Part shown: positions 50,701 to 61,265 of the stretch, in pieces
How positions within the stretch are numbered: position 1 is the stretch's first letter
Layout: every line of letters begins with the position of its first letter
Origin: Bdellovibrionota bacterium
GTDB lineage: Bacteria; Bdellovibrionota_C; UBA2361; JAAYZI01
Direction of reading: 5' to 3'
NCBI GenBank assembly: GCA_050950765.1
Contig: JBMNIF010000002.1
Span: 736,001-800,000, forward strand
Length of the DNA stretch: 64,000 bases
Made by a program: the position numbers and the translations under genes
The notes under the pieces: model-generated
Database searches by the model: none
What the model was told of the DNA's origin: nothing
Seen by the model: the letters and a program-made list of their open reading frames with translations, nothing else

Positions 50701-53700
50701 AGGCTCAACGTTTGGAGCAGAGCACGTTAAAACCCCTCCCTCACAAACTGACATCGTGCCTGTTTGATAACACGCACCGAGTAGTCCATTATTACAAGCA
50801 TCTCCGTAACCTGCAGCATCAGTATCAGTTATACCGTCACAGTCATCATCGATATCGTTACAAGCGATCTCAGTTGTAGGAGAATTTGTCTGATTACAAA
50901 CTACACTTCCAGCGTTACAAGATGTTGTTCCTGCTGCACACCAACCGTGTAGCCCTGTGTCACAAGATACAGAAACGTAATCTTCATCAGTTAATCCATC
51001 ACAATCATCATCGATACCGTTACAGAGGCTATCATCTGCTAGCGGCAGCTCTCCTGTATCACTACACACAACCGCACCGTTATCACAGATCCAGTTTCCT
51101 GAATAAGCACACCTTCCAACACCGCCGGAACAAACACTTCCTAGTAGTCCATAATTTGGATCGCCGTAACACTCTGGAGTTGGGGTAGGTGTAGGTGTTC
51201 CCGTTGGTTCATTCGTCGGTGTTGGTGTCGGTTCATTTGTTGGGGTTGGTGTCGCGGTTGGAGTATTTGTAGGAGCACCTCCTTGATAAACTATACTATA
51301 ATCACCTGCGGCTCCGTAACAACAACTACCATTTATTCCGCTACACCCCAACTGATTTACATTAGCATAATCCCAGTGTGCACAGCAGGCAGCTTGACAC
51401 GGTGCGGTTCCAGTGCCATCGAAGATTTCAATAGGTGTTGGGTTGTTTATATTACCAGTAGAGCCATCTCCTAGCGCTCCATATTCCGAATCTCCCCAAC
51501 AAAAAAGTTCACCTAGATCTGATACTGCACATGTATGCCACCCACCACTAGCCACTTGAAATGTACTGTCGCCAAGTGTGCCGTCTACTGCGACAGGAAT
51601 TTGTGAACCTACTGTAAAACCACTTCCTAATTCTCCATTACCACCAGTTCCCCAACAAAAAAGTTTTTCCGTTATCGTTTTTGCACAGGTATGAGGATTA
51701 TCCCCTAGTGTAGTAGATACTTGACTTACATCTTCTAAATATGTGCCTACACCAGCCTGCTCACCTTTTAAAACCCTTGTAGGAGTATATTGTCCTGTTT
51801 TAAAACCGATACCCAATTGTCCAGGGCCATTATCTCCCCAACAGTAGAGCTCTTCTGTGGTTGTTACTGCACATGTATACATCGCTCCAGCTGATACTTG
51901 CCTTACATTTTCTAAATAATTAGTTGAACTTATTTGGGCACCTTTTAAAACTTTGACAGGGGTGTCTTGTGAAGAAGCGGAACCGATTCCCAACTGTCCC
52001 GAAAAATTACCTCCCCAACAGTAGAGCTCTCCTTGAGTTGTGACGGCGCAGGTATGATATTCTCCAGCAGAAACTTGGCTTACATCTTCTAAATACGTAC
52101 CTGCACCTCCCTGTTCTCCTTTTAAAACCCTAGCAGGAGTGGTTGCCGACCAAGTTGAAGGATTTATTCCCAACCGCCCATAGTCATTATCTCCCCAACA
52201 GTAGAGTTCTCCTTGTGTTGTTACGGCACAGGTGTGATTAGCTCCAGTAGAAACTTGGCTTACATCTTTTAAAAAAGTTCCGCCCTGTTCTCCCCCCTTT
52301 ACCAAGTCCGGTCTTAAACTATTACTTGTACCCCCATTGCCTAATTGCCCACTATCTCCCCTTCCCCAACAGTAGAGCTCTCCATCTCCTGTTACGGCGC
52401 AGGTATGATCATGACCTGCAGAAACTTGGCTTGCTCCATTTAAAAAAGTTCCGCCCTGTTCTCCCCCCTTTACCAAGTCCGGTCTTAAACTATTACTTGT
52501 ACCCCCATTGCCTAATTGCCCTCTATCTCCCTTTCCCCAACAATATACATTTTTATCTATATCTGCTGTTATGGCGCAGGTATGTCTATCACCAGCACTT
52601 ACCGATAGCATTGATTTTTGTATAGGAGTTGGCGTTGGTGTTGGCTCATCTGTCGGAGTCCCAGTTGGAGAATCCGTTGGATTATTTGTCGGTGTCCCTG
52701 TTGGAGAGTCAGTTGGATTATTAGTCGGAGTCCCTGTCGGTTGGTTTGTTGGATTATTTGTAGGTGTTCCCGTTGGTTCATTCGTCGGTGTTGGTGTCGG
52801 TTCATTTGTTGGGGTTGGTGTCGCGGTTGGAGTACTTGTAGGAGCACCTCCTTGATAAACTATACTATAATCACCTGCGGCTCCGTAACAACAACTACCA
52901 TTTATTCCGCTACACCCCAACTGATTTACATTAGCATAATCCCAGTGTGCACAGCAGGCAGCTTGACACGGTGCGGTTCCAGTGCCATCGAAGATTTCAA
53001 TAGGTGTTGGGTTGTTTATATTACCAGTAGAGCCATCTCCTAGCGCTCCATATTCCGAATCTCCCCAACAAAAAAGTTCACCTAGATCTGATACTGCACA
53101 TGTATGCCACCCACCACTAGCCACTTGAAATGTACTGTCGCCAAGTGTGCCGTCTACTGCGACAGGAATTTGTGAACCTACTGTAAAACCACTTCCTAAT
53201 TCTCCATTACCACCAGTTCCCCAACAAAAAAGTTTTTCCGTTATCGTTTTTGCACAGGTATGAGGATTATGCCCTAGTGTAGTAGATACTTGACTTAGAT
53301 TTTCTAAATATGTACCTACACCAGCCTGCTCACCTTTTAAAACCCTTGTAGGAGTATATTGTCCTGTTTTAAAACCGATACCCAATTGTCCAGAGCCATT
53401 ATTTCCCCAACAGTAGAGCTCTTCTGTGGTTGTTACTGCACATGTATACATCGCTCCAGCTGATACTTGCCTTACATTTTCTAAATATGTACCTCCGCCG
53501 CCCTGTTCTCCTTTTAAAACTCTTACAATAGTAGTTTGCAGTGCCGCAGAATTGATTCCCAACTGTCCCGAAAAATTACCTCCCCAACAGTAGAGCTCTC
53601 CTTGAGTTGTGACGGCGCAGGTATGATCATATCCAGCAGAAACTTGGCTTACATCTTCTAAATACGTACCTGCACCTCCCTGTTCTCCTTTTAAAACCCT

Positions 53701-56700
53701 AGCAGGAGTGGTTGCCGACCAAGTTGAAGGATTTATTCCCAACCGCCCATAGTCATTATCTCCCCAACAGTAGAGTTCTCCTTGTGTTGTTACGGCACAG
53801 GTATGACCATATCCAGCAGAAACTTGGCTTACATCTTTTAAATATGTACCTACACCTCCTTGCTCTCCTTTTAAAACTCTAACAGGGGTAGTGTGATATC
53901 CAGTTGGACCATTATTCCCTAATTGTGAGGTGCTATTATTTCCCCAACAGTAGAGCTCTCCATCTCCTGTTACGGCGCAGGTATGATCATGACCTGCAGA
54001 AACTTGGCTTGCTCCATTTAAAAAAGTTCCGCCCTGTTCTCCCCCCTTTACCAAGTCCGGTCTTAAACTATTACTTGTACCCCCATTGCCTAATTGCCCA
54101 CTATCTCCCCTTCCCCAACAATATACATTTTTATCTATATCTGCTGTTATGGCGCAGGTATGTCTATCACCAGCACTTACCGATAGCATTGATTTTTGTA
54201 TAGGAGTTGGCGTTGGTGTTGGCTCATCTGTCGGAGTCCCAGTTGGAGAATCCGTTGGATTATTTGTCGGTGTCCCTGTTGGAGAGTCAGTTGGATTATT
54301 AGTCGGAGTCCCTGTCGGTTGGTTTGTTGGATTATTTGTAGGTGTTCCCGTTGGTTCATTCGTCGGTGTTGGTGTCGGTTCATTTGTTGGGGTTGGTGTC
54401 GCGGTTGGAGTACTTGTAGGAGCACCTCCTTGATAAACTATACTATAATCACCTGCGGCTCCGTAACAACAACTACCATTTATTCCGCTACACCCCAACT
54501 GATTTACATTAGCATAATCCCAGTGTGAACAGCAGGCAGCTTGACACGGTGCGGTTCCAGTGCCATCGAAGATTTCAATAGGTGTTGGGTTGTTTATATT
54601 ACCAGTAGAGCCATCTCCTAGCGCTCCATATTCCGAATCTCCCCAACAAAAAAGTTCACCTAGATCTGATACTGCACATGTATGCCACCCACCACTAGCC
54701 ACTTGAAATGTACTGTCGCCAAGTGTGCCGTCTACTGCGACAGGAATTTGTGAACCTACTGTAAAACCACTTCCTAATTCTCCATTACCACCAGTTCCCC
54801 AACAAAAAAGTTTTTCCGTTATCGTTTTTGCACAGGTATGAGGATTATGCCCTAGTGTAGTAGATACTTGACTTAGATTTTCTAAATATGTACCTACACC
54901 AGCCTGCTCACCTTTTAAAACCCTTGTAGGAGTATATTGTCCTGTTTTAAAACCGATACCCAATTGTCCAGAGCCATTATTTCCCCAACAGTAGAGCTCT
55001 TCTGTGGTTGTTACTGCACATGTATACATCGCTCCAGCTGATACTTGCCTTACATTTTCTAAATATGTACCTCCGCCGCCCTGTTCTCCTTTTAAAACTC
55101 TTACAATAGTAGTTTGCAGTGCCGCAGAATTGATTCCCAACTGTCCCGAAAAATTACCTCCCCAACAGTAGAGCTCTCCTTGAGTTGTGACGGCGCAGGT
55201 ATGATCATATCCAGCAGAAACTTGGCTTACATCTTCTAAATACGTACCTGCACCTCCCTGTTCTCCTTTTAAAACCCTAGCAGGAGTGGTTGCCGACCAA
55301 GTTGAAGGATTTATTCCCAACCGCCCATAGTCATTATCTCCCCAACAGTAGAGTTCTCCTTGTGTTGTTACGGCACAGGTATGACCATATCCAGCAGAAA
55401 CTTGGCTTACATCTTTTAAATATGTACCTACACCTCCTTGCTCTCCTTTTAAAACTCTAACAGGGGTAGTGTGATATCCAGTTGGACCATTATTCCCTAA
55501 TTGTGAGGTGCTATTATTTCCCCAACAGTAGAGCTCTCCATCTCCTGTTACGGCGCAGGTATGATCATGACCTGCAGAAACTTGGCTTGCTCCATTTAAA
55601 AAAGTTCCGCCCTGTTCTCCCCCCTTTACCAAGTCCGGTCTTAAACTATTACTTGTACCCCCATTGCCTAATTGCCCACTATCTCCCCTTCCCCAACAAT
55701 ATACATTTTTATCTATATCTGCTGTTATGGCGCAGGTATGTCTATCACCAGCACTTACCGATAGCATTGATTTTTGTATAGGAGTTGGCGTTGGTGTTGG
55801 CTCATCTGTCGGAGTCCCAGTTGGAGAATCCGTTGGATTATTTGTCGGTGTCCCTGTTGGAGAATCTGATGGAGTAGGTGATCCACCTCTTAACGGTACC
55901 ATCGGAAAGTTGGAGACTCGAGGAGGGGTTGGTGTAACATGCGGTGTTTGCTTTAAAGGAGGTGTAGGTGTAGCGGTTGGTGTTACTGTATCACAACCTT
56001 CATCAGTATAGCCGTCACAATCATCATCGATACCGTTACCGCAAATTTCTGCTGATGGGGTGACCCTCTCTGCTGTGCAGATCAATCTACCGTTAGAACA
56101 TACACTTAAGGTTCCCTCTCTATAACAAGCTCCCATCAAATTATTAGTGCAAAAAGTTCCGTACTCTGCTGCATCGCTATCAGTTATTCCGTTACCGTCA
56201 TCATCAATGTTATTACAAGCGATCTCTTCAGTTTTTTTATCGAAGGTTGTTTGCTTCGGTGTTGTATTGGTATCAGTAGAGTTTTGTCCTAATTGACCAA
56301 AGTTGTTATCTCCCCAACAATAAAGGTCATCGTGTGAGTTTATGCCGCAGATCGATTGATAACCGAGACCGGAGTTTGAACAGGAGATAGCGTTAACAGT
56401 ATATGCACCTAACAAACCTGAATTAGAAATGGTACTCGGATCTGTTACAAGTTTTGGAACTTTAGTATCTTCCCCAGTAACACCGAGACCACCGCCACTA
56501 TTTTTCCCCCAACAATAAACTTTGCCGAGTGCATTCATGGCGCAGCTATAACCAGAACCTGCAGAAACAGAGGTGACAGAACTTTCATCTAATAGCCCTG
56601 TCGGAGAAGATACACTTTTATCATAGATAGGGGACGGGGTGTATTGATACCCCACACTACCATTTCCAAGCGCTCCCCAACTACCATCGCCCCAACAGAA

Positions 56701-57831
56701 AAGTTTACCGTTTCTATTTATGGCACAGATATGCGTTGTGCCTGCTGAAAGTGCAGAAGCAGGATTCCCTTCAAGGGTACCACTAAGATCCGGATCTGCA
56801 TTGTAAATAGGGGTGGGGTTTTTAACTTTCTCGCTCTCATTATTATTAATCCCCAACTGCCCGAAATCGTTTTTACCCCAACAGAAAAGTTTCCCCTCTT
56901 CATCTATGGCACAGGTAAAACCGTATCCCGCAGAAACTTTAAGAACGCCTTTTCCATTTAATAATCCGTTAGAGGCTTCTTCACTTACGTCATAAATAGG
57001 GCTGGGGAGGAAGCGAGCACCTTTTTTATCTATTCCGAGTTGTCTAAAAGAGTTATCTCCCCAACAATAAAGTTTATACTCTTCGTTGATGGCGCAGATA
57101 TGGGTTGTGCCGGAGCTCTCTCCTTCTGAATAATCGTCGGTTGAAGCACCTACTGAAACAGCGATAACTTTTTTTGAATCAAGAAGACCACTATAAGAAA
57201 ATGTAGCTGGGTCTTCAATTAATTGTGGAACGTTGTAGCCAAAGCCTGAGATACCGATCCCTAATTGGCCGACACTATTCTCTCCCCAGCAGTAAAGTTT
57301 TCCGGAGGTGTTGATGGCGCAGGTATTATTGGCATTAGCAGAAACAGCAACAACACCTTCCTCTCCCAGTAGACCTGAAAAAGAGCTTGTAGCAGAGTCA
57401 TAAGTTAAAGTTGGAGATGTTGCGTTGTTAATGTTGTTAATTCCGAGTTGACCGGAAGAGTTAAGCCCCCAGCAATAGAGATGCCCTTCAGCAATAGCAC
57501 AGGCGTGAAAGTAGCCCATAGAGATGGAGCTTACTTTGGTCGCAAGATAAGATGCGTTATCTCCAGAGAGATCATGTTTTAGAGATAGCGATCTTTTTAA
57601 GATAGAAGAGAGAGAGAAGTTCTCAATATAAAAACTTTGTGATGTTGGTGGTGTTGGTAGCCTCTTTAGTAGATTGAAATTATAGCCATAGATTATAGAA
57701 GGGGCAGGGAAGAAGAGCTCTTCAGAGTAAGCTAATGGGAGAAGTGGCTTACAAAAAAGAGTGATAATTATCAGTAAGGTTATATATATGTTTTTTATAC
57801 TTAATTTCTGCATATCTATCCCGCGATCCAT
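47734..57831 (-). CDS. Giant 3365-aa secreted adhesin-like protein with four RCC1 propellers, Cys/Asp repeats, Pro/Thr stalk and basic C-terminal domain
   Basis: Signal peptide (true start may be ATG 57813); many HTCA..G.LYCWG.N..GQLG blades; [12 protein letters not shown] repeats; DSDGDG.PDC.D.CP.D..K...GVCGCG repeats. Confidence 0.92.
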   Translation of the reverse strand: MDRGIDMQKLSIKNIYITLLIIITLFCKPLLPLAYSEELFFPAPSIIYGYNFNLLKRLPTPPTSQSFYIENFSLSSILKRSLSLKHDLSGDNASYLATKVSSISMGYFHACAIAEGHLYCWGLNSSGQLGINNINNATSPTLTYDSATSSFSGLLGEEGVVAVSANANNTCAINTSGKLYCWGENSVGQLGIGISGFGYNVPQLIEDPATFSYSGLLDSKKVIAVSVGASTDDYSEGESSGTTHICAINEEYKLYCWGDNSFRQLGIDKKGARFLPSPIYDVSEEASNGLLNGKGVLKVSAGYGFTCAIDEEGKLFCWGKNDFGQLGINNNESEKVKNPTPIYNADPDLSGTLEGNPASALSAGTTHICAINRNGKLFCWGDGSWGALGNGSVGYQYTPSPIYDKSVSSPTGLLDESSVTSVSAGSGYSCAMNALGKVYCWGKNSGGGLGVTGEDTKVPKLVTDPSTISNSGLLGAYTVNAISCSNSGLGYQSICGINSHDDLYCWGDNNFGQLGQNSTDTNTTPKQTTFDKKTEEIACNNIDDDGNGITDSDAAEYGTFCTNNLMGACYREGTLSVCSNGRLICTAERVTPSAEICGNGIDDDCDGYTDEGCDTVTPTATPTPPLKQTPHVTPTPPRVSNFPMVPLRGGSPTPSDSPTGTPTNNPTDSPTGTPTDEPTPTPTPIQKSMLSVSAGDRHTCAITADIDKNVYCWGRGDSGQLGNGGTSNSLRPDLVKGGEQGGTFLNGASQVSAGHDHTCAVTGDGELYCWGNNSTSQLGNNGPTGYHTTPVRVLKGEQGGVGTYLKDVSQVSAGYGHTCAVTTQGELYCWGDNDYGRLGINPSTWSATTPARVLKGEQGGAGTYLEDVSQVSAGYDHTCAVTTQGELYCWGGNFSGQLGINSAALQTTIVRVLKGEQGGGGTYLENVRQVSAGAMYTCAVTTTEELYCWGNNGSGQLGIGFKTGQYTPTRVLKGEQAGVGTYLENLSQVSTTLGHNPHTCAKTITEKLFCWGTGGNGELGSGFTVGSQIPVAVDGTLGDSTFQVASGGWHTCAVSDLGELFCWGDSEYGALGDGSTGNINNPTPIEIFDGTGTAPCQAACCSHWDYANVNQLGCSGINGSCCYGAAGDYSIVYQGGAPTSTPTATPTPTNEPTPTPTNEPTGTPTNNPTNQPTGTPTNNPTDSPTGTPTNNPTDSPTGTPTDEPTPTPTPIQKSMLSVSAGDRHTCAITADIDKNVYCWGRGDSGQLGNGGTSNSLRPDLVKGGEQGGTFLNGASQVSAGHDHTCAVTGDGELYCWGNNSTSQLGNNGPTGYHTTPVRVLKGEQGGVGTYLKDVSQVSAGYGHTCAVTTQGELYCWGDNDYGRLGINPSTWSATTPARVLKGEQGGAGTYLEDVSQVSAGYDHTCAVTTQGELYCWGGNFSGQLGINSAALQTTIVRVLKGEQGGGGTYLENVRQVSAGAMYTCAVTTTEELYCWGNNGSGQLGIGFKTGQYTPTRVLKGEQAGVGTYLENLSQVSTTLGHNPHTCAKTITEKLFCWGTGGNGELGSGFTVGSQIPVAVDGTLGDSTFQVASGGWHTCAVSDLGELFCWGDSEYGALGDGSTGNINNPTPIEIFDGTGTAPCQAACCAHWDYANVNQLGCSGINGSCCYGAAGDYSIVYQGGAPTSTPTATPTPTNEPTPTPTNEPTGTPTNNPTNQPTGTPTNNPTDSPTGTPTNNPTDSPTGTPTDEPTPTPTPIQKSMLSVSAGDRHTCAITADIDKNVYCWGKGDRGQLGNGGTSNSLRPDLVKGGEQGGTFLNGASQVSAGHDHTCAVTGDGELYCWGRGDSGQLGNGGTSNSLRPDLVKGGEQGGTFLKDVSQVSTGANHTCAVTTQGELYCWGDNDYGRLGINPSTWSATTPARVLKGEQGGAGTYLEDVSQVSAGEYHTCAVTTQGELYCWGGNFSGQLGIGSASSQDTPVKVLKGAQISSTNYLENVRQVSAGAMYTCAVTTTEELYCWGDNGPGQLGIGFKTGQYTPTRVLKGEQAGVGTYLEDVSQVSTTLGDNPHTCAKTITEKLFCWGTGGNGELGSGFTVGSQIPVAVDGTLGDSTFQVASGGWHTCAVSDLGELFCWGDSEYGALGDGSTGNINNPTPIEIFDGTGTAPCQAACCAHWDYANVNQLGCSGINGSCCYGAAGDYSIVYQGGAPTNTPTATPTPTNEPTPTPTNEPTGTPTPTPTPECYGDPNYGLLGSVCSGGVGRCAYSGNWICDNGAVVCSDTGELPLADDSLCNGIDDDCDGLTDEDYVSVSCDTGLHGWCAAGTTSCNAGSVVCNQTNSPTTEIACNDIDDDCDGITDTDAAGYGDACNNGLLGACYQTGTMSVCEGGVLTCSAPNVEPTTEIACNNIDDDCDGITDTDAAGYGDACNNGLLGACYQTGTMSVCEGGVLTCSAPNVEPTTEVACNNIDDDCDGITDTDAAGYGDACNNGLLGACYRTGTMSLCDGGVLTCSAPNVEPTTEICGNGIDEDCDGSDLPCPGCFEDPNYAQIGQACTTGSGNCVATGTYQCSGPLPTDPVTCNITTPAAACCEDPNFSQLGEVCFAGNGVCRSAGTYNCDGALTNSSVVCDAVPNEGNAVPENTELLCTDGLDNDCDGLADELDPDCDLCPFDENKLFPGVCGCGVPETDSDGDGTPDCIDNCPSDPNKTEAGVCGCGVVESLVDTDSDGVPDCIDGCPNDVLRTEAGICGCNYRDFSGAFRRDFDICKIGEFEKSGPVGDCAKECEVDSSGNPLPGCAAVTCTCDKYASCRSYYGRCTPDESGEFGDFDGDGILNCKDYCVDDPEEDQLMPFFKPLLRAFGFASGCSTPYPEDSNTPTPIPTATPEGAPSATPTATPTPTPTITPTTTSTPTPIPTATPEGAPSATATATPIVTEEPAATPTPTITSTPTPIPTATPEGAPSATPTATPIVTEEPTATPTPTATSAPTPIPTATPEGAPSATPTATPIVTEEPTATPTPTATSTPTPIPTATPEGAPSATPTATPIVTEEPTATPTATPIVTEEPTATPTPTATSTPTPIPTATPEGAPSATPTATPIVTEEPAATPTPTPTATSTPTPIPTATPKATEEPTATPTTTATSTPTPLQTESATSTPTSTPTVIPVYTPTPSLTLTPTPTISPTLHPTPPQEDRCPDDPLKTEEGICGCGVPDIDTDGDGVADCFDECPYDSIKSERGVCGCETPDTDINNNGIPDCFDSNIKSDQVLIIGFSNPPLKPYVQARKRKLFIYGEHFNAAASKQIAAKRIGKQNAHNKMKIRYQMEIIARRYKQRGKVVKQKKIRRALPNEKNVLSLKITHKRYSVRYRVLLLNGKKIIHRTPWSEKKEVILK
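48480..49280 (-). repeat. Pro/Thr/Ala coding repeats with a core period of 114 bp (38 aa)
   Basis: GTAGCACTTGGTGCCCCTTCAGG recurs at 48785, 48899, 49013 and 49127, with irregular copies on each side. Confidence 0.9.
50338..50880 (-). repeat. 177-bp (59-aa) Cys/Asp-rich tandem repeat, 3 copies
   Basis: GTTGTAGG anchors at 50342, 50519, 50696 and 50873; unit [35 protein letters not shown]... Confidence 0.92.
51190..55863 (-). repeat. Tandem triplication of a ~1.57-kb unit (RCC1 propeller, Cys module, PT linker)
   Basis: Anchor TTGATAAACTATACTA at 51283, 52852 and 54430, giving periods of 1569 and 1578 bp. Confidence 0.97.
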
Positions 57832-57839
57832 GGGCTAAA

Positions 57840-57867
57840 GGATCGGCATGGCTTGAAGAAAACTTTA
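57840..57867 (-). promoter_or_regulatory. sigma28 (FliA)-like promoter TAAAGTTT-N12-GCCGATCC upstream of the giant RCC1 gene
   Basis: Exact TAAAGTTT -35 and GCCGAT -10 on the minus strand, ending 8 nt before ATG 57831. Confidence 0.65.
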
Positions 57868-58029
57868 GTAAAAACGGTGTCGCTACCCACCTAAAAATCT
57901 TAGTAAAAACAAAGATATAGAATACAGGGCACTGTCCTGTAATATGTTTTACGTGTTTAGTGCAAAAAAACTTTAGGAAAAATTAGGAAAAATTAGGAGT
58001 TTTAGTAGTTTTACCTATTAATGATGATG

Positions 58030-58415
58030 GAGCGGGCTGAAACTGAAAAGTGAATCGGTTAGGTTTTTACGGAGGTAAAAAATTCAACTTACTAGGAACG
58101 CTTGAACGGGCTGAAACTGAAAAGTGAATCGGTTAGGTTTTTACGGAGGTTAAAAAATTGAACGGGCTGAAACTGCAGAACGAGTTAGCTAGATCTTAAC
58201 GGAGGTTAAAACACCCTCTAAGGACGGCTGAACGGGCTGAAACTGAAAAGTGAATCGGTTAGGTTTTTTACGGAGGTTAAAAAATTGAACGGGCTGCAAC
58301 TGCAGAACGAATTAGCTAGATCTTAACGGAGGTAAAAAATTCAACTTACTAGGAACGCTTGAACGGGCTGCAACTGCAGAACGAATCAGCTAGGTTTTTA
58401 CGGAGGTTAAAAATT
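58030..58415. repeat. Intergenic array of six ~50-56 bp units
   Basis: GAACGGGCTG(A/C)AACTG...ACGGAGGT(T)AAAA units start near 58030, 58103, 58159, 58229, 58286 and 58360. Confidence 0.95.
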
Positions 58416-61108
58416 TAAGCAAAGCTACAATCTGTTTTTATTGCTTTAAGGGTTTTTATTCCGAAGGAGGTAAACACCTTCTGAATTTCGTGAGGTCTGA
58501 TAGATGCGCCGTTTGTCACAATAGTTTTCATAAAGATTCCGTCCTGATCTACTGTCGGTGAAACCTGCTTTAGTAACTCCATGACGGCGTGTGAAAGGTT
58601 TAAGGTGCCACAGTAAATATCTTTTATAAGGGGTCTAACATCACGTTCTTTTGGACGTTGAGTCCGCTCCGTGCACTGAACGGAGAGCTCTTTTGCTGCT
58701 AAGATGGCGCTAATGGCATCACTTGGATCGACTGCTTCAAGTAGTGGGATGAAATAGGAGAACTCCTGTATGATACTTTGAATGCTACGTTCTTTCTTTT
58801 TGAGCTTTGTTGTAGAGTTGAAGATGATTCCTGGTTCCGAAGCGTCTTGTAATTTTTTTAAGATATCAGCGCACTCACTCCAAGCTTGTGGCACCATAAT
58901 ATCGGCATATTCACACAAGCTAGAAACTCCAAGTGGAAGTGCTGGACCTAATGCAATAACGGGACGCTTGGTAAAACCTGCAGAATAAACGACCTCTACC
59001 CCTGAACGGCGAAAGATGCGTGCTATAACTTTTTGTAGATCGAGGTGTGAAATAAAACTGATAGCGCCGATCTTTGAATAGCAAATTCTATAAAAAGCCC
59101 CTTCTACTTGACCACGCAAAGGAGGTGCAGTAGGCAGAGCGGTGTTTTTATTAAATTCAGTGTAGGCAGTGGGGGTGGTGGCACCTAGCGATTCTAGGAA
59201 GGTGCGTCGCATCGCTTTTAACTTTTTAAGATCACATTTTAATCCGCAATTGTGACAAACTAAGGGACGTGTATCAGCATCGAGATCTTGAACGGTGTTG
59301 AAGTGAACTTTTTCGCCTAAGGGCTTACCGCAAGGGGGAGTTTGTAACGCTTCATGAGCATGCCGCCACTCTTTAATAAGAAAATCTTTTGTAACACCGA
59401 TATCGATATGATCCCACGGCAAGCGACTCTCTAGGGGTAGCTCTTTAGTGTACAGATCTGTTTGAAGGTGTAGCTCTGCTATACTTTCTTGCCAAAGATT
59501 GAAATCAAAACAATTGCGCCAGCCGTCAAAGCGCGCACCTTTTTCCCACGCCACTTCAAGCAAGCGTCCCAGTCTGCGGTCTCCTCTAGCAAATAACCCC
59601 TCCAGAACTGAGATCTTTGAAAAGTGGTGCCGAAATTTAAGTTTGGCTTGACGCGATCCTGCAAAGAGGAGTTCCTGTTTTCTATCGATCTCTGAAAGTG
59701 GGATCATAGCTGCCCACTGAAAAGGGGTGTGTGGTTTTGGAACAAAAGATGAAACGGAAAGTGTAATATCGAAAGTTTTAGCACCTGTTTCCCTAGCTGT
59801 TTTTTTAATTAGTGAACCGAGATCGATGATACCTTGAACATCTTGATCTGTCTCCGTTGGAAGTCCGATCATGAAGTAGAGCTTCATCTTAGTCCAACCA
59901 CGCGAAAAGATATTTTGGGTGGTTTTAATCAGATCTTCCGTTGTAACATTTTTATTTATAACTCGACGTAAACGCTCGCTACCTGCTTCCGGTGCAAAAG
60001 TTAAGGAGGTGTTTTTTACGCCTGCGAGTTTATCCAAGATGCGTGGATCTAAACCGTAGGCGCGCAATGAACTGATACCGAGTTCAGCTCTACGACTCGC
60101 CACGATATCTAGTAGCTGAATGATTAGCGGAGTAACTGCTGAATAATCTGCCGTTGAAAGACAGGTTAGGGAGGTCTCCTCAAAACCGCCTGCGGCTAAG
60201 CCTTCAATGATGGTTTTAATGATCTGTTTCGGTGGACGCTCTCTAATCGGACGATAGATCATACCAGCTTGGCAGAAGCGACACCCTTCGGTACAGCCGC
60301 GAGATAGCTCAACTGAAAAACGATCAAAAACAGTTGTAGTATGAGGGATAGGAGCTTTCGTTGGGAATTTATACGGAGTGATGTCGGAGATAATGTTACG
60401 TTTTATGCGTGACGGTATCTGCGGATAGTTCGGTAATGTTTTTGGTGTTACATATTGTAGTCCACTAACGTTACAGACGTTAAGATCGTATAGTGACGGA
60501 ATATAAACTCCGTCTAGACCGATAAACGTTTTAAGAATTTCAGATCTGGAAGCTCCCTTTCGTTTTAACTCTCCTGTTTTGCGGATGATATCTGCAAAAA
60601 GTTCCTCGCCATCTCCGATTGTAAAAATATCTACAAAGTCTGCTAACGGTTCCGGCTGTGTTGCGCAGGGACCGCCACAACTGATAATCGGTTCATCATC
60701 GCGTCTTTCTGAAGAACGTCTTGTGATGCCTGCTAAATCCAACATGGTCAAGATGTTGGTGTATGTCATCTCGTATTGTAGAGAAAAACCGATCAGATCA
60801 AATTGATTAAGTGGAGTGAAAGATTCTAATGAGACAAGGGGTAAGTTACGTTTTCTTAACTCCTGCTCGGCGTCTATCCATGGAGCAAAACAACGCTCCA
60901 AGAGTAGGTCAGGATGTTTATTAACATCTTCATATAAGATCTTTAGTCCGAGATGACTCATCCCGATTTCGTAAAGATCTGGAAAGCAGATGACGGCACT
61001 GGCACTACACAGAGCTTTATCTTTATTGACGCTATAAAGCTCACCCCCGATGTAACGAGCAGGGCGCTCTAAAGCATCTAAAAAATCACAATACGGATTA
61101 GCGACCAT
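58415..61108 (-). CDS. TIGR03960-type radical SAM protein fused to a TIGR03936/DUF2344 domain
   Basis: PARYIGGE, FPDLYEIGMSHLG, CTEGCRFC and FAPEAGSERLR; C-terminal FISHLDL..YSAGF..ALPLG. Start uncertain (61108 or 61126). Confidence 0.9.
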   Translation of the reverse strand: MVANPYCDFLDALERPARYIGGELYSVNKDKALCSASAVICFPDLYEIGMSHLGLKILYEDVNKHPDLLLERCFAPWIDAEQELRKRNLPLVSLESFTPLNQFDLIGFSLQYEMTYTNILTMLDLAGITRRSSERRDDEPIISCGGPCATQPEPLADFVDIFTIGDGEELFADIIRKTGELKRKGASRSEILKTFIGLDGVYIPSLYDLNVCNVSGLQYVTPKTLPNYPQIPSRIKRNIISDITPYKFPTKAPIPHTTTVFDRFSVELSRGCTEGCRFCQAGMIYRPIRERPPKQIIKTIIEGLAAGGFEETSLTCLSTADYSAVTPLIIQLLDIVASRRAELGISSLRAYGLDPRILDKLAGVKNTSLTFAPEAGSERLRRVINKNVTTEDLIKTTQNIFSRGWTKMKLYFMIGLPTETDQDVQGIIDLGSLIKKTARETGAKTFDITLSVSSFVPKPHTPFQWAAMIPLSEIDRKQELLFAGSRQAKLKFRHHFSKISVLEGLFARGDRRLGRLLEVAWEKGARFDGWRNCFDFNLWQESIAELHLQTDLYTKELPLESRLPWDHIDIGVTKDFLIKEWRHAHEALQTPPCGKPLGEKVHFNTVQDLDADTRPLVCHNCGLKCDLKKLKAMRRTFLESLGATTPTAYTEFNKNTALPTAPPLRGQVEGAFYRICYSKIGAISFISHLDLQKVIARIFRRSGVEVVYSAGFTKRPVIALGPALPLGVSSLCEYADIMVPQAWSECADILKKLQDASEPGIIFNSTTKLKKKERSIQSIIQEFSYFIPLLEAVDPSDAISAILAAKELSVQCTERTQRPKERDVRPLIKDIYCGTLNLSHAVMELLKQVSPTVDQDGIFMKTIVTNGASIRPHEIQKVFTSFGIKTLKAIKTDCSFA

Positions 61109-61265
61109 AAATAGAAGGATAGCCACTAATCAAAAAAAAGTAAAAACCGTGTATTTCCTATAAAATTCAGTGGAAGTTATAAGGGTGTTTTTTATCTTCG
61201 ATCTGATTAAAGAGGGTGAATTTCTGTATCTTTATGGTATTAAAAAATAGAGTGGTATTTAGGCT

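Noticed and set aside
51190..55863. Diversity-generating retroelement template/variable repeat pair
   Set aside because: No reverse transcriptase in the window, all copies are in-frame coding, and differences include C/T changes and block replacements rather than adenine-only substitutions.
52326..56011. Repeated small ORFs (VGVG-rich and others) overlapping the giant gene
   Set aside because: Antisense or alternate-frame shadows of the Pro/Thr and RCC1 repeats; they recur only because the DNA is duplicated.
58030..58415. CRISPR array
   Set aside because: Units are about 50 bp with two alternative cores, linkers are absent or under 20 nt and one recurs identically, and there are no cas genes in the window.
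44115..58415. Composite transposon or integron cassette bounded by the repeats
   Set aside because: No intact transposase or integrase, no target-site duplication seen, no attC-like symmetry, and the block includes housekeeping msbA.
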